NCBI GenBank assembly: GCA_951406725.2
Contig: OX597831.1
Location: 51,212,001-51,276,000 of the forward strand
DNA length: 64,000 nucleotides
Source of the DNA: Octopus vulgaris
Lineage: Eukaryota
Direction: 5' to 3'
A program made the position numbers and the translations under genes. Of this stretch, positions 12,530 through 25,753 are shown piece by piece. Every line of letters starts with the position of its first letter. Position 1 is the first letter of the stretch. The notes under the pieces are model-generated. The model did no database searches and was not told the DNA's origin. It was given only the letters and a program-made list of their open reading frames with translations.

Positions 12530-15174
12530 TGATGTGGATCCTTGTCCACTGGTATATTGTTGTCATTAAGGTGGTGAGCTGGCAGAACTGTTAGCACGCC
12601 GGGCGAAATGCTTAGCCGTATTTCGTCTGCCGCTACATTCTGAGTTCAAATTCCACTGAGGTCAACTTTGCCTTTCAACCTTTCGGGGTCGATAAATTAA
12701 GTACCAGTTACACACTGGGGGTCGATATAATCAACTTAATCCATTTGTCTGTCCTTGTTTGTTCTCTCTGTGTTTAGCCCCTTGTGGGTAGTAAAGAAAT
12801 AGGTATATTGTTGTCATCACTGTAATATCCTTGTCACCACTATCATGTTGTGGCAGTATTCCCTGTCTTATTATCTCTGATTTGTTTATCATGCTATCAC
12901 TGATAGCTCTGCAAGACAACTTTGAAACATCTACCTTGATGGTAATTTGAACTCATATATATCACATAACTCGCACTAACTCCAAATGAGAACTCATACA
13001 ACAATTCCACTACTACTGACCTCCTACAATGATTGACTGTCTGACTTTTTAGTGGCTACCTCATACCACTTTATCACATGAGAAAGAGTGTACCATTTTC
13101 ACTACATCAACATCTTTCCTTGTAGTCTTTTTTTTTTCTTTGGGAAGTAAGTAATTTTATTTTACTTTATTCACCCATCCTCCCTTTTTTAGCGCTTTTT
13201 TTCCAACTTAATGTTGTTTTTTCTTTTTGGTGTATATTTGTAGGAACTCTGTGTTCTTTCTTTTCCTTCCACTTGTGCACATGGGTTCAACCACCTGTTT
13301 ATGTCGTTGGTACCTGGAATATGTTATACAGCCATTCCATAGGTCCTTCCAATCTGTCTGGTTCATTTGCTATGAATCTCTTCGTCAATTGGTTTCTGTA
13401 TCTTTTTCCAATACCTTTTCTGCTTTTAATTCCATACATCATTTTCCCTATGTACTTTCTAATTTTGCCTCCTTCCCAGCACTGTTTTCCATTTTTATAC
13501 AACTTCATGTACACCTTATCACCAATTTTGAAAAATTTTGGATTGTCTTTCCTGGAACTTTTCCTTTCTTTGCCAGGTAACAGTTTATCAAAAACTGATT
13601 TCACCTTCCTGGTAAACATCAATTCTGCTGGTGGGCTTCCTGCTGATGTATTGGGGTTCAGTGTCACCCTGTATACCCTTAGGATTTACTGCAGAGCAAC
13701 TTCGTCTGTGGTTTCCTTTGCTTTTCTCAAAGCTCTTTTTAAAATATCCACAAAACGTTCTGCCTGTCCATTTGATCAGGGATGGTCAGGTGCTATCATT
13801 TTGAAGGCAGCGAGCTGTCAGAAACATTAGCACACCAGGCGAAATGCTAAGCAGTATTTCTTCTGCAGTTACGTTCTGAGTTCAAATTCCGCCAAGGTCG
13901 ACTTTGCCTTTCATCCTTTCAGGGATGATAAATTAAGTACCAGTTACGCACTGGGGTCAATGTAATCGACTTAATCCCTTTGTCTGTCCTTGCTTTCCCT
14001 TCTATGTTTAGCCCCTTGTGGGCAATAAAGAAATAAGGTGCTATCATTTTATGTTCTACTGTGAACATTACGCAGAATATTCTAAATTCACTGGGAACAA
14101 ATTGTGTTCCATTATAAGATGCAATCACATCTGAGATGCCAAATCTTGTGAATAATTCGTGCAAAAAATTTATTACCATAGAACAGAGGATTAAGAACAA
14201 GGATAGGCTCGCAGTTACAAAAGGGAGCTAGAGGAGGCATCATCATCATCATCATCATCATTTAGCATCCACTTTCCATGCTGGCATGGTTTGGACAGTT
14301 TGACAGTAGCTGGCCAGGCAGAAGACTACACCAAATTTCTGTGTTTGTTTTGGCATGGTTTTTACAGCTGGGTGCACCATACATGGGTTTATCTTCTGAT
14401 GTATATCATGTTTTTTGTGAAACACTTTATCCATCTTCCAACTCTTACCACACTGGTTTTATCTGTAAACAATCTCTGTGTTGGATTTCTTGTGTCTTGC
14501 CTTATTTTTAATATTATATCACACTCTTCTGACAGTTTCTGGAGTTATATCCTGGTTCATTTCCAGGTTTGTGAGAATTTTCGTTCTGATTTCTGCATCC
14601 TTTTTAACAGCAAATTCCTGAGCAAAAATCAGGTTCTTGAATGAGTCTGGAATTAGTTTATCCAGTTTAAATCTCTTGCATTACAGATTTTTCAGAAAAT
14701 GTGTACAACAAAATGTTTGTTACTCCTCTGTCAAGTTGCTAATTTCTCCAAGTGAAAAATATTTCAATGTCATCTGCATAAATTGTTTATTTTCTCATGA
14801 AAAAAAATGTTTTTTTTCAACATTATCTGCATGAATTGTCTATATCCTCATCACCACCGTGGATCCTTGTCCACTGGTATATTGTTGTCAGCACTGTAAT
14901 ATTCTTGTCACCACTATTATGTTGTGGTGGTAATCCATGTCTTCTTATCTTTGACTCATCTATCGTACTATCACTGACATCTCTGCATGACAACAACTTT
15001 GACAGTAACTCTGACTCATATATATCATGTAACTGACACTGACTCCAATTGAGAACTCATACAATGACTCTACTACAACTAATGACCTCCTACAATGACT
15101 GATTGTCTCACTTTTTAGTGGCTGGTTCATACCACTTTGTCACATGGGAGAGGGTGTACCATTTTCACTACAAC
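12530..15174 (-). mobile_element. Internally deleted Gypsy/Ty3 LTR retroelement with both LTRs (about 12530-13112 and 14858-15174)
   Basis: Direct repeats of about 315 bp starting TGTTG on the minus strand; PBS-like TGGTGATGAG; integrase pieces LHELFTRFG..NGTQF and GQAERFVD; two SINE A insertions with TSDs. Confidence 0.88.
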
Positions 15175-16150
15175 AAAAACAGGTAGGATATTTGGGCCGG
15201 ATATGGCCTATTTAAATGCTAAAGATTTAAATAAGCAAGAAGTATGTGGTCTGGATCTGCAGGGTGTTATTTGAGGGTTAAGTGACATGTAGTGAAGATA
15301 AAGTGATACAAGTCGTCTTAAAAAGACAACAGAGTCAGTAACCTCTAAATAAAGGTGGCAATATATTTAAGGGGAGGAGATTAAAGTTGTCAGAAAGTTA
15401 GTTAGCATGGGTCTATCATTAATATTAAATTTTGTAAATAAAAATGTTTAAATTATGATTATTAGCAATAACATATCACTTAAAACTTGTCTTTAAAATT
15501 AATATGTTGCATTCTTAACAATAACATTTGCTAATTACCTTCATAACTTTATTTAACATAGTTTTAGTAGAACATATTTTCTGCCTGAATAATAAAATAG
15601 TGCATAGGACATTATGTTTGATAGTTGTCAATTTGCTCAAATGAATGACACTTCAATATTTTAAAAACTTAGCATATAAGACACTTATCTGTTATATATA
15701 TATATAACTCCTCTCCCCTCCTGTTGTGGCAAGGAGGTTTGCATGTTCCATAGAACCAAGAGAGCATTACCATCTGGATCTTTGCTCCTGATAGGACCAA
15801 CCTAGGTGGGCTGATCTTCCAGGGAGGTTCCAGATAAATAGTGACCCATAGTGCGTTGGCTTGTTACCAAGATGGCAGCCCCATCTCATCTGACTATTCT
15901 ACAGAGGACTGACAACCAGCCCAGAAGAACCCTCAATCTGTTACGACACCAACTAAAAGAAACAAGACTACCCAACATCGGAATGGACTAGAATGCAGAG
16001 GAGTTGGCACAGAACCGCTAGCAAAGATTGGATCTATGCATGACGACATTTCTGAGACCATTAATCTGGAATGACCCCAACCCCATCAAGCATGAGAGCA
16101 AAGCAAGTAAACAATTATAATACAGTTCTATATTTAAGAGATGAGGAATT

Positions 16151-16390
16151 ATGTACATTATTTACATTCGACAGATATTTGTCATCATCTTGTTTGTTGT
16201 TAACACAACATTTCGGCTGATATACCCTCCAGCCTTCTTCAGGTGTCTTGGGGAATAACTTAGGAATGAGAACCCATGTACGAAATTTCCCCAAGACACC
16301 TGAAGAAGGCTGGAGGGTATATCAGCCGAAACGTTGTGTTAACAACAAACAAGATGAGGAAAATATCCATCGAATGTAAATAATGTAAAC
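16151..16390. mobile_element. Palindromic Penelope-type pLTR-derived element
   Basis: Near-perfect inverted arms of about 105 bp around a spacer of about 30 bp. Confidence 0.85.
16295..16340 (+). ncRNA. Type I minimal hammerhead ribozyme motif
   Basis: GACAC-CTGAAGA-A-GGCTG(loop)CAGCC-GAA-ACGT-T-GTGTT: intact core, helices I and II, palindromic helix III. Mirror copy on the minus strand at 16202-16247 has a C>T change in helix III. Confidence 0.8.
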
Positions 16391-16623
16391 AATTATAATA
16401 TATACTACTCAATATTTCTAAACTAAGATGCCACCTGATTCTTAGGTGTCATCCAGTTGTAGAACTCAAACCAAACTCTTAATGTTTTCTCTTGATTAAT
16501 TTATAACGAAAATAATAAATACATAATAAATAAATAAAAGAAATATTTTTAATGTCTGGAATAAATTGTTTTTCTTCCAAATATCCTTTCAGATAATTAA
16601 AAGTAATTATTAGCAATACTTAC

Positions 16624-16684
16624 ATCTTCCTCTGCTACACTTCCTGGCACCACACTTATCACTAATGTTCGCCCTGAGAGATAC
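16624..16684 (-). CDS. RUN-PDZ gene exon 10 (QYLSGRTLVISVVPGSVAEED)
   Basis: Acceptor tttccctccag|G, donor GAT|gtaagt, 61 nt, PDZ betaC-alphaA. Confidence 0.93.
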
Positions 16685-18136
16685 CTGGAGGGAAATTTTT
16701 TTTTTTTAAGTATTGGTAAAAAAATTGGTAAACATAGAATAAAGAAAACACTTCATTGATTAATTAATGATGTCATTTTACATAAGATGATTAGCTTTCA
16801 AAACTATTTATCCTCCTCTTTAGAGATGCAGCCTTATCTTTAATATTTATGGTCATATTAAGTTTCTTTTAATTATCTTCAGTCATCATCCAGTCATTGC
16901 CTGACGACAATTAGAGATTAAACTGATTGAAACTGTAAATATAAAAAAATGCTTTCATCTCTAAGTATGAGATTAACAGTTAAAAAACAATTACAATTAA
17001 ATTGACAATAACTCATCTCAGACATTATATATGTTTTGTTCTATACTAAAATGAATTTGGTAAATTTGCAAATCTGTAAGACTGGTGCCACATAAAAGAC
17101 ACTCAGTACACTCTGTAAAGTTGTTAGCATTAGAAAGGCCATCCAGCTGTAGAAACTACACCAAAACTGAGATTGGGGCTTGGCACAGTCCTCTGGCTCA
17201 TTAGCTCCTATTGAACCGTCTAACTCATACCAGCATGAAAAACATAAAAAATGGACATATGATGATGATGATGATGTAGGTTACTTTGATAATGTTTTGG
17301 AACATGAACTTCACTACAGGTAGATATCTTATGCTACTTAACATCAGTTACTTAACTCTGATACTACACTGGCCTCTGTTAACTCAGAGCTGGCTTATCT
17401 CATGTTACTTCTGTTCAGGTGCTCCCAACTCACTTGTCTGTCCATTTTTTTATCACCAACGTTGTGTCCAATCAGCCCCACCCAAGCCCCACCCAAACAA
17501 CTATGCTTTGTCCTCTCTCCAAAGAACATTTGTCCTCTCTGGAATCTCCTTGTTCGCATCTTTCTTGCAAGGTGTCAGATTGCAACAGCTTCAGCAGAAC
17601 ATTAGGGACATAAGAAGGTGGCGAGCTGGCAGAAACGTTAGCATGCCAGGCGAAATGCTTAGTGGTATTTCGTCTGCCATTACGTTCTGAGTTCAAATGG
17701 AAACGTCAGAGGTGTTATTCCTTTTCTAGACACAGCAAGTAATAAATATAAAAAAATGTTGCATCAAGTGTATTTTACGTGGGACCAGCACTTGCAATGG
17801 ACATGCCATGGTAAATATACCAACACCTGTTGTCAAGTAGTGATGAGGGACAAATATAAACACAAAGACACAAACCCACCCACCCGCTGCTGCCACCACC
17901 ACCACCAGGTAAGTGAAGGGAAACTGCTTTGTATAATAACGTAACTCAAGACTGTTTCAAAATATTGTAGACAGGCATAGGAGTGGCTATGTGGTAAGTA
18001 GCTTGCTTACCAACCACATGGTTCTGGGTTCAGTCCCACTGCGTGGCACCTTGGGCAAGTGTCTTCTACTATAGCTTCGGGCTGACCAAAGCCTTGTAAG
18101 TGGATTTGGTAGACGGAAACTGAAAGAAACCTGTTG

Positions 18137-18240
<104 letters not shown>

Positions 18241-18610
18241 ATGTTTGTGTGTCTGTGTTTGTTCCCCCAACATCGCTTGACAACTGATGCTGGTGTGTTT
18301 ACATCCCCGTAACTTAGTGGTTCGGCAAAAGAGACCGATAGAATAAGTACTAGGCTTACAAAGAATAAGTCCTGGGGTCGATTTGCTCAACTAAAAGGCG
18401 GTGCTCTAGCATGGCCACAGTCAAATGACTGAAACAAGTAAAAGATTAAAGAGTATATGACTCACAGATACTAAATCTGCTATTCTGAACTCACAGCCAC
18501 CGCATCGTATCCTTACAGTAATAAATCTGTTAATCAGAATCACACCAAACCATTACAGTACTTGATGAAAGTAGACTTGGAATCAGTGAAACTAAAATCA
18601 AGTAACTTAC

Positions 18611-18663
18611 TGCACAGTCATTCCGATATCATCACATGGGACAAGTTCATATTCTTTATAAAC
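18611..18663 (-). CDS. RUN-PDZ gene exon 9 (VYKEYELVPCDDIGMTV)
   Basis: Acceptor ttttatag|, donor GCA|gtaagt, 53 nt, start of PDZ. Confidence 0.92.
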
Positions 18664-20977
18664 CTATAAAACCAAGAAAACAGAGATTACATCAACCTTT
18701 ATACTTCATTGATTTAACTGAGAAGTAGGATTTTCTTTTTCAGTATCATATTTAAAGAAATACAATAGTAGACCTTTAATCCAATTATTTTTTCTATTTT
18801 ATACTGGTTTCTGTCATTGGACTGCGGCCATACTGGGGCACTACCTCGAATGGTTATATATAAAGGCGGCGAGCTGGCAGAAACATTAGCACGCCAGGCG
18901 AAATGCGTAGCCGTATTTCGTCTGCCGTTACGTTCTGAGTTCAAATTCCGCCGAGGTCGACTTTGCCTTTCATCCTGTCGGGGTCGATTAAATAAGTACC
19001 AGTTACGCACTGGGGTCGATATAATCGACTTAATCCGTTTGTCTGTCTTTGTTTGTACCCTCTGTGTTTAGCCCCTTGTGGGTAGTAAAGAAATAGGTTA
19101 TAGTTGAAGTGATTGGCCCAAGTACTTATTTTCTAAGCCTGGCACTTATTCTATTGTTCGCTTTTGCCAACAAACTGCTAAGTTACAAGGATGTAAACAA
19201 ACCAACACTAGTTGTCAAGCAGTTAGAGTAGGTATATACACTGGCACAAACACACACACACACACATATATGACAGGCTTCCATCTGGTTTCCATCTACC
19301 AAATTCACTCACAAGCCATTTATCAGTCTGTGGCTATAGTAGAAGACACTTGCCCAAGGTGCCATGCAGTGGGACTGAACCTGAAACCAAGCTTTTAAGC
19401 CAATGCCCAGTATAAAACCATCACTAGCTTTTGGGTACCTTCAGTGGAGTTCATACTGTCAGAAAAACATTTGGACTGTTGCAAGCACTTGCTTTGAGGA
19501 TATTTCAATAATTTGTCAGTCACTATTATCAATTAATTGCTGACTCATGGGCACAGGCACGGCTGTGTGGTAAGAAGCTTGCTTCCTAACCACATGGCTC
19601 TAGGTTCAAAGCCTTGTGAGTGGATTTGGTATATGGAAACTGTGTATATCTGTATATATATATATATATATACACACATACACATACATATGTTTGTGTC
19701 TTTGTGTCTGGGTTTGACCCCCACTACCTCTTGACAACTGGTATTGGTGTTTACATTCCCATAACTTAGTGGCTCAGCAAAAAGAAACCAATAGAATATC
19801 AGGCTTAGCAAAAGATTTAAGTACTGGGGTCGATTAATTTGACTAAAAATTCTTCAAAGCAAGTGCCCCAGCATGGCCAGTCTAATGACTGAAACAAGTA
19901 AAAGATAAAAGATAATATACATGGTTTGTGTCCTCTCAGAGGTGGTCTATTTCACTTCTCTGTCTCAAATTGGTGCTCATTATGTCTAATACTAATTATT
20001 AGCACATTACTATATTGGCTTGTTGTTGCACCATAAGATGAATTGGTGTGTTTGTGTAGCAGTCAGCAAGCTACAACTGCATGTGGGCCAAATGTGGCTT
20101 GCAGCTTCATCTAGCCTGCCAACTTTATTGTCTATGTGACACTGCAGGCAAACATTCTTTATTTCCTCTATCTTTGATGAGTGAATAATGAAATTCAGTG
20201 TTGAAAAAATGGAGTAAAAGTTTCATTTTTGAATGGCCACAAATGTATCAATGTCTTATATCGGTTTCAAATTTTGGCACAAGGCCAGCAATTTTGAGGA
20301 AGGGAATAAGTTGATTACATCGACTTATGCATTTGTTCAACTGGTACTTCTTTTATCGATCCCAGAAGGCTGAAAGGCAAAGTCAACCTCAATGGAATTT
20401 GATCTCAAATCGTAAAGACAGATGAAATGTCACTAAGCATTTTGCCCGGCAGCTTAACAATTCTGCCAGCTTGCCACTTCCTCAATGTTTTATATCAATG
20501 CATAAAAGAATTGAGATCATCCTCATTTAACATCCATGTTTCATGCTGACATGGATTGGATAGCTTGCAGTATCCAGTGGATCCAAGGCCTGGCTTATGT
20601 ACCAATGTCTGATTGGCATGATTTCTGTGGCTGGATGCTCTTCCTCATGCCAGTCACTTTACAGTCTATACTGAGTGCTTCTCCGAATGCATCAATTTAG
20701 GTAGTAAATATTTTCACCATTCTAAATGAATGGAACAACAAAGACTAACAGTGGCTTACATACTGCCACATCATCATTTACATGAATAATCAATTCCAAG
20801 AAAGGAGGGAGTGACAAAAAAAATGTTTACTTGTATGTTGAGGAAAGCACATAAACTAGTTGGGACCACAGTTAACCTGAACTCGCAACCATTCCTGTTC
20901 AGCCTAACTAAAAATGTTTGAACTCCTCAGTGCATGCTACATATTTAATAATGTAAAAAATCAGTATATGCCATCTT

Positions 20978-22010
20978 CTACCTATATACCATACACAATG
21001 CCTTACAAACTTTTTCCTTCACATAAGCAGAACGTAAAGATGGACAAAATACCACTAAGCACTATGCCCAGCATGCTAGCAATTTTGCCAGCTCACTGTC
21101 ATCAATAATAATAATAATATCTAAGTATATACACTTGAACATCTTTCAGTTTTCATCTACTAAATCCACTCACAAGAACAGTCAGCCTGTGGCTATAGCA
21201 GAAGACACTTACCAAAGGTGCCACACAGTAGGACTGAACCCAAAACTTCATAACCACACAGCCATGCCTGCATATTCTTTTATTTGTTTCAAGCATTTGA
21301 CTGTAGCCATGCTGGAGCACTGCCTTTAGTCGAGCAAATCGACCGCAGGACTTATTCTTTGTAAGCCTAGTACATATTCTATCGGTCTCTCTTACCGAAC
21401 CACTAAGTGACGGGGATGTAAACACACCAGCATCAGTTGTCAAACGATGTTGGGGGGACAAACACAGACACACAAACATATACACACACACATATCGGTG
21501 GCACATAAAATCACCCACTACACTCTCGGAGTGGTTGGCGTTAGGAAGGGCATCCAGCTGTAGAAACACTGCCAGATCTGACTGGCCTGGTGCAGCCTTC
21601 GGGCTCCCCAGACCCCAGTTGAACCGTCCAACCCATGCTAGCATGGAAAACGGACGCTAAATGATGATGATGATGATGATGATATATATATATATATATA
21701 CAACAGGCTTCTTTCAGTTTCCGTCTACCAAATCCACTCACAAGGCTTTCTACCTATATGCCATACACAATGCCTTACAAACTTCTTCATTCCCATAAGC
21801 AGAACATAAAGATGGACGAAATACCACTAAGCACTATGCCCAGCATGCTAGCAATTCTGCCAGCTCTCTGTCATCGATAATAATAATAATAATATATAAG
21901 TATATATACATGAACATCTTTCAGTTTTCATCTACTAAATCCAGTCACAAGAACGGGCAGCCTGTGGCTATAGTAGGAGACACTTGCCCAAGGTGCCACA
22001 CAGTGGGACT
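20978..22010. repeat. Local direct duplication of about 260 bp (20978-21240 and 21750-22015)
   Basis: CTACCTATAT.CCATACACAATGCCTTACAAAC...GGACTGAACC present twice. Confidence 0.85.
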
Positions 22011-22239
22011 GAACCTGGGACCATGTGGTTGGTAAGCAAGCTACTTACCACATAGTCACTCCTGTGCCTCATATGACTATGATTTAGTTATTAAAATCCT
22101 GCTCCTTCAACCAGCTGAATTCTGATAAACAATCCTTATGTAAATATCTAAATTTCCAGTTTTATTCAGCCTCTGACAACATTCAGTAAAAATACTACAG
22201 AAACAAAGATTAGTTTTAGAATATAGAGTTTAAACTTAC

Positions 22240-22275
22240 AGGGAGATTCCATGTTTCATCTAGAAAGCTGGCATT
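22240..22275 (-). CDS. RUN-PDZ gene exon 8 (NASFLDETWNLP)
   Basis: Acceptor ttttgttttccag|, donor CCT|gtaagt, 36 nt; end of RUN domain (compare the FYCO1 FDLDAAWP-type motif). Confidence 0.92.
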
Positions 22276-22637
22276 CTGGAAAACAAAATATTTTTTTAAA
22301 AGTAAAGAGTAACAAACATAAAAAATACAAATCTTAATATAGAAATATCAGAAATATTTCTTTGGAGATTGATCAAAATAATGCTTGTAATGTCTGTGTC
22401 TTCACAGACAGCAATCATCCACTCAGCTAATGTGCAACCTCAATTTCGATGGTATTATGGCATTAATCTGATCAGAGACAAATCTTTTCTAGTATAAAAT
22501 GCTAGACTATCACAAGTAAGTTCCTATACATAAAGGAGATTGAACTCAGAACTTACATCCATCATTTGTCTCTTGAGTCAACAAGGGACCCAGAAACAAA
22601 TGTAACCATATGAATGAGACTTTTGTCTACAATCAGC

Positions 22638-22676
<39 letters not shown>

Positions 22677-23347
22677 ACTGTTCCATCTCCCCAGAGGGTT
22701 GCCATTTCTTTGTGCTTCCTCATTGTCCAGCCATGACCTCTGAGATGACTTTAATCCCACTGCAACGCTTAGTGCATCTTTTCTAGCATTGTTTCAGGAA
22801 TTTGGGAAGGCAGCACTCTCCTTAAAAAGGGCTGTTCAGTTACAAAAATCTCCACTGGAGTTGGTCCCCATCACAAAGAGCTACAGCAACGATGTTAGGA
22901 TAAGACTGTTGCTGCCTATGTGCTTGTAATTCTGTGTGTTCGTCGCCATAGGACTATCAGTAGATGGAATGGTAAATGAAGTCATCATAGAGAGATATCT
23001 GTACTTAGATTATAGTAATACATGCTTGTACAACATGAGTACCACTCTCTGAGTCTCTACTATTAGTACCTAGTGAGAAGCTAAAGTGAGATGACCAGTA
23101 ATCACATGAAATCATAGGTTTTTTTCATCAGACAGACTGTCCCTCTCCTGGAAGGATGTTGTGACAAAAGCTGGTGGTCACTCATTCCTGGTGTTTTTAT
23201 GTGATATGTTAGTTTATCCACAGCTGGGACTCTGACATGTGCTACTACAAGCTCAGAGCAAACTGGGAACTGATTCCATGTTCCTCAAAACCCTGGGACT
23301 ACTGAACTAGGTCTCTAATACCAGATGCAGTTTAAAGTCATATCCAG

Positions 23348-23489
<142 letters not shown>

Positions 23490-23922
23490 CAGTGCATGGC
23501 TTAGTGGTTAAGGTATTCAGCTCACAATCATAAAGTCATGAGTTCAATTCCTGGTGAACGTTGTGTCCTTGAGCAAGGCACTTTATTTCACATCATATTG
23601 TCCCAATCCACTCAGCTGGCAAAAATGAGTAGTACCTTTATTTCAAAGGTCAGCCTTGTCCCATTCCGTGTCATGCAACTGCCCTGAGAACTACATTAAA
23701 GGTATGCATGTATGTAGAGTGCTCAACCACTTGCATGTTAATTTCATGAGAAGGCTATTCTGTTGATTGGATCAACTGGTACTCTTGTCATCATAACCAA
23801 GTTATACACATTTATATATATATATAAACAATTAAATTAAATAAATTAAATAAACAATAAATATATATAGACAATTAAATTAAATAAATTAAATAAACAA
23901 TAAATATATATAAACAATTAAT

Positions 23923-23961
<39 letters not shown>

Positions 23962-24095
23962 AATAAATTAAATTGACAAGCCAATAATTTATTTACATAA
24001 TAACATGATATACTATGAATCTAATATAATATTCATAGTATATTATAATATAAATAAATTATTGGGTTGTCAATTGTATCTCTCCATATAATTTA

Positions 24096-24600
24096 TCTCT
24101 TATTATAAAAGGCAGATTTTATCTGCCTCCCTTTGGGAGTTATACAAATCTACAATATAGGATTTCTTCAATTACAATTTACCTAGCAGTTTTAAGAGTA
24201 CAATGCATCGCGTCATGCCAGGTCCAGTTTTTAAAATTTAAACTCCAATTAAGCAAAATTTACAGAAAACTCACATTCTGGTGTGTGTGTCAAATGCTTT
24301 TCTTAGTCTGGTTTACACCACACGCAAACGCACACACACAGTGGGCAACGAATAAAATGAAAGTAATTGACTTACTGTAGTGAGTGATTCTTTCACTCTG
24401 CTTCCCACTTCCTCTTTCCACACATACACACGCAAATATATAAATAAAATTGTAAGCTAACGTGCGTGTGTGTGTGAGTGGGTGTGTGTGGGTGTGCGCG
24501 TGTGTGTGTGTGTGTGTGAGGGTGCGTGTGTGTGTGTGTGTGTGCGTGTGCGTGAGTGTGTGATAGGAAAGTTTTTTACGACGAATATAACACCTATATC
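24096..24600 (+). mobile_element. Probable non-autonomous Helitron 5' portion
   Basis: A|TCTCTTATTATAAAAG start of the kind seen in animal Helitrons; no 3' hairpin or CTAG found. Confidence 0.45.
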
Positions 24601-24611
24601 CAAGTAGCAGA

Positions 24612-24988
24612 AAGATAAGACAGTAAGGTGTGATTTGAGGGAGATTTGGCTGCTATTTCTACCATGTCTAGCTGCCATGTAGGGGTCTCCCTCATAGGCT
24701 CATACATACATATATATACATAGATAAGACAGTAAGGTGTGATTTGGGGAAATTTGGCTGCTATTTCTACCAGGTCTAGCTGCCATGTAGGGGTCTCCCT
24801 CATAGGCTCATACATACATATATACATAGATAAGACAGTAAGGTGTGATTTGGGGGAAATTTGACTGCTATTTCTACCAGGTCTAGCTACCATGTAGAGG
24901 TCCCCCTCCTTGGCTCATATATATATACATACATAAGACAGTAAGGTGTGATTTGAGGGAGATTTGGCTGCTGTTTCTACCAGGTCTG
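24612..24988. repeat. Tandem repeat, unit about 107 bp, about 3.5 copies
   Basis: AGATAAGACAGTAAGGTGTGATTTG...GGCTCATACATACATAT repeated; GATTTGGCTGCTATTTCT-like motifs also occur singly at about 9770, 44070, 52940. Confidence 0.92.
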
Positions 24989-25344
24989 TTAGGCCTTCTC
25001 ATGTAAACTCAAGCTTTCTCATGCCTTGACCAAAGCAGAGAATGTATTCTTTTATTCTTCTGCTTTTTCCAGCCATTGGTCTGTGGCCATGCTGGGGCAA
25101 TGCCTTGAAGAATTGTAGTTTAATGAATCAACTCCACTTTTATTTTTTGTAAGCATTGTACTTATTCTATCTGTTTCCTTTGTCAAACCATTAGGTGACA
25201 GGGATGTAAACAAACCAACATTCGTTGTCAAGCAGTGGTGGAGGACAATCACAAGCACAGACACGCACACACACACATACATGCATACACATATACACAC
25301 ATACATACATACATACATATATATATATGTGTGTATATATATAT

Positions 25345-25601
25345 TGCAGCGTGGAAGGTGTTTGTAAGCCATTTAAGAAACACACAAAAACCGTTACATT
25401 CACTTCAACATTTAAATTTAATTTGCCAAAATATTTTCGTCGCTTTGAGACCGCGACCTGTTCACTGACAAAAATATCGTGCTAACAGGTCGCGGTCTCA
25501 AAGCGATGAAAATATTTTGACAAATAAATTTAAATGTTGAAGTGAATCTAACGGTTTTTGTGTGTTTCTTAAATGGCTTATAAACACCTTCAACGCTGCA
25601 A
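25345..25601. mobile_element. Palindromic element (arms of about 120 bp) carrying a hammerhead-like motif
   Basis: 25345-25462 is the reverse complement of about 25484-25600. Confidence 0.85.
25422..25472 (-). ncRNA. Type I hammerhead-like motif with G3-C8 core variant
   Basis: TTTGTCA-GTGAACA-G-GTCGC(loop)GCGAC-GAA-AATATT-T-TGGCAAA. Confidence 0.6.
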
Positions 25602-25753
25602 CTGTTTTCGTTCCAGCACACGATCTCAGATCAAGTCACTTGCTATGCAAGTACATCTCTGTAACTATATATATATTTATATATATATATTGGTAAAAAC
25701 AGTAAGATAACAAAAGAAAGAAAGAGACCTCAATATTATGTAAATAGAGGAAA

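Noticed and set aside
17400-17615. 134-aa ORF with a possible GIY-YIG remnant (similar case at about 5340-5600)
   Set aside because: Only a faint RxxEHxRDI-like resemblance; too decayed to call.
18872-18955. tRNA-like sequences
   Set aside because: They are SINE heads that continue into SINE body and tail; no free-standing tRNA gene was recognised.
24612-24988. Regularly spaced repeats resembling a CRISPR array
   Set aside because: Whole units repeat with no unique spacers, the context is eukaryotic, and there are no cas genes.
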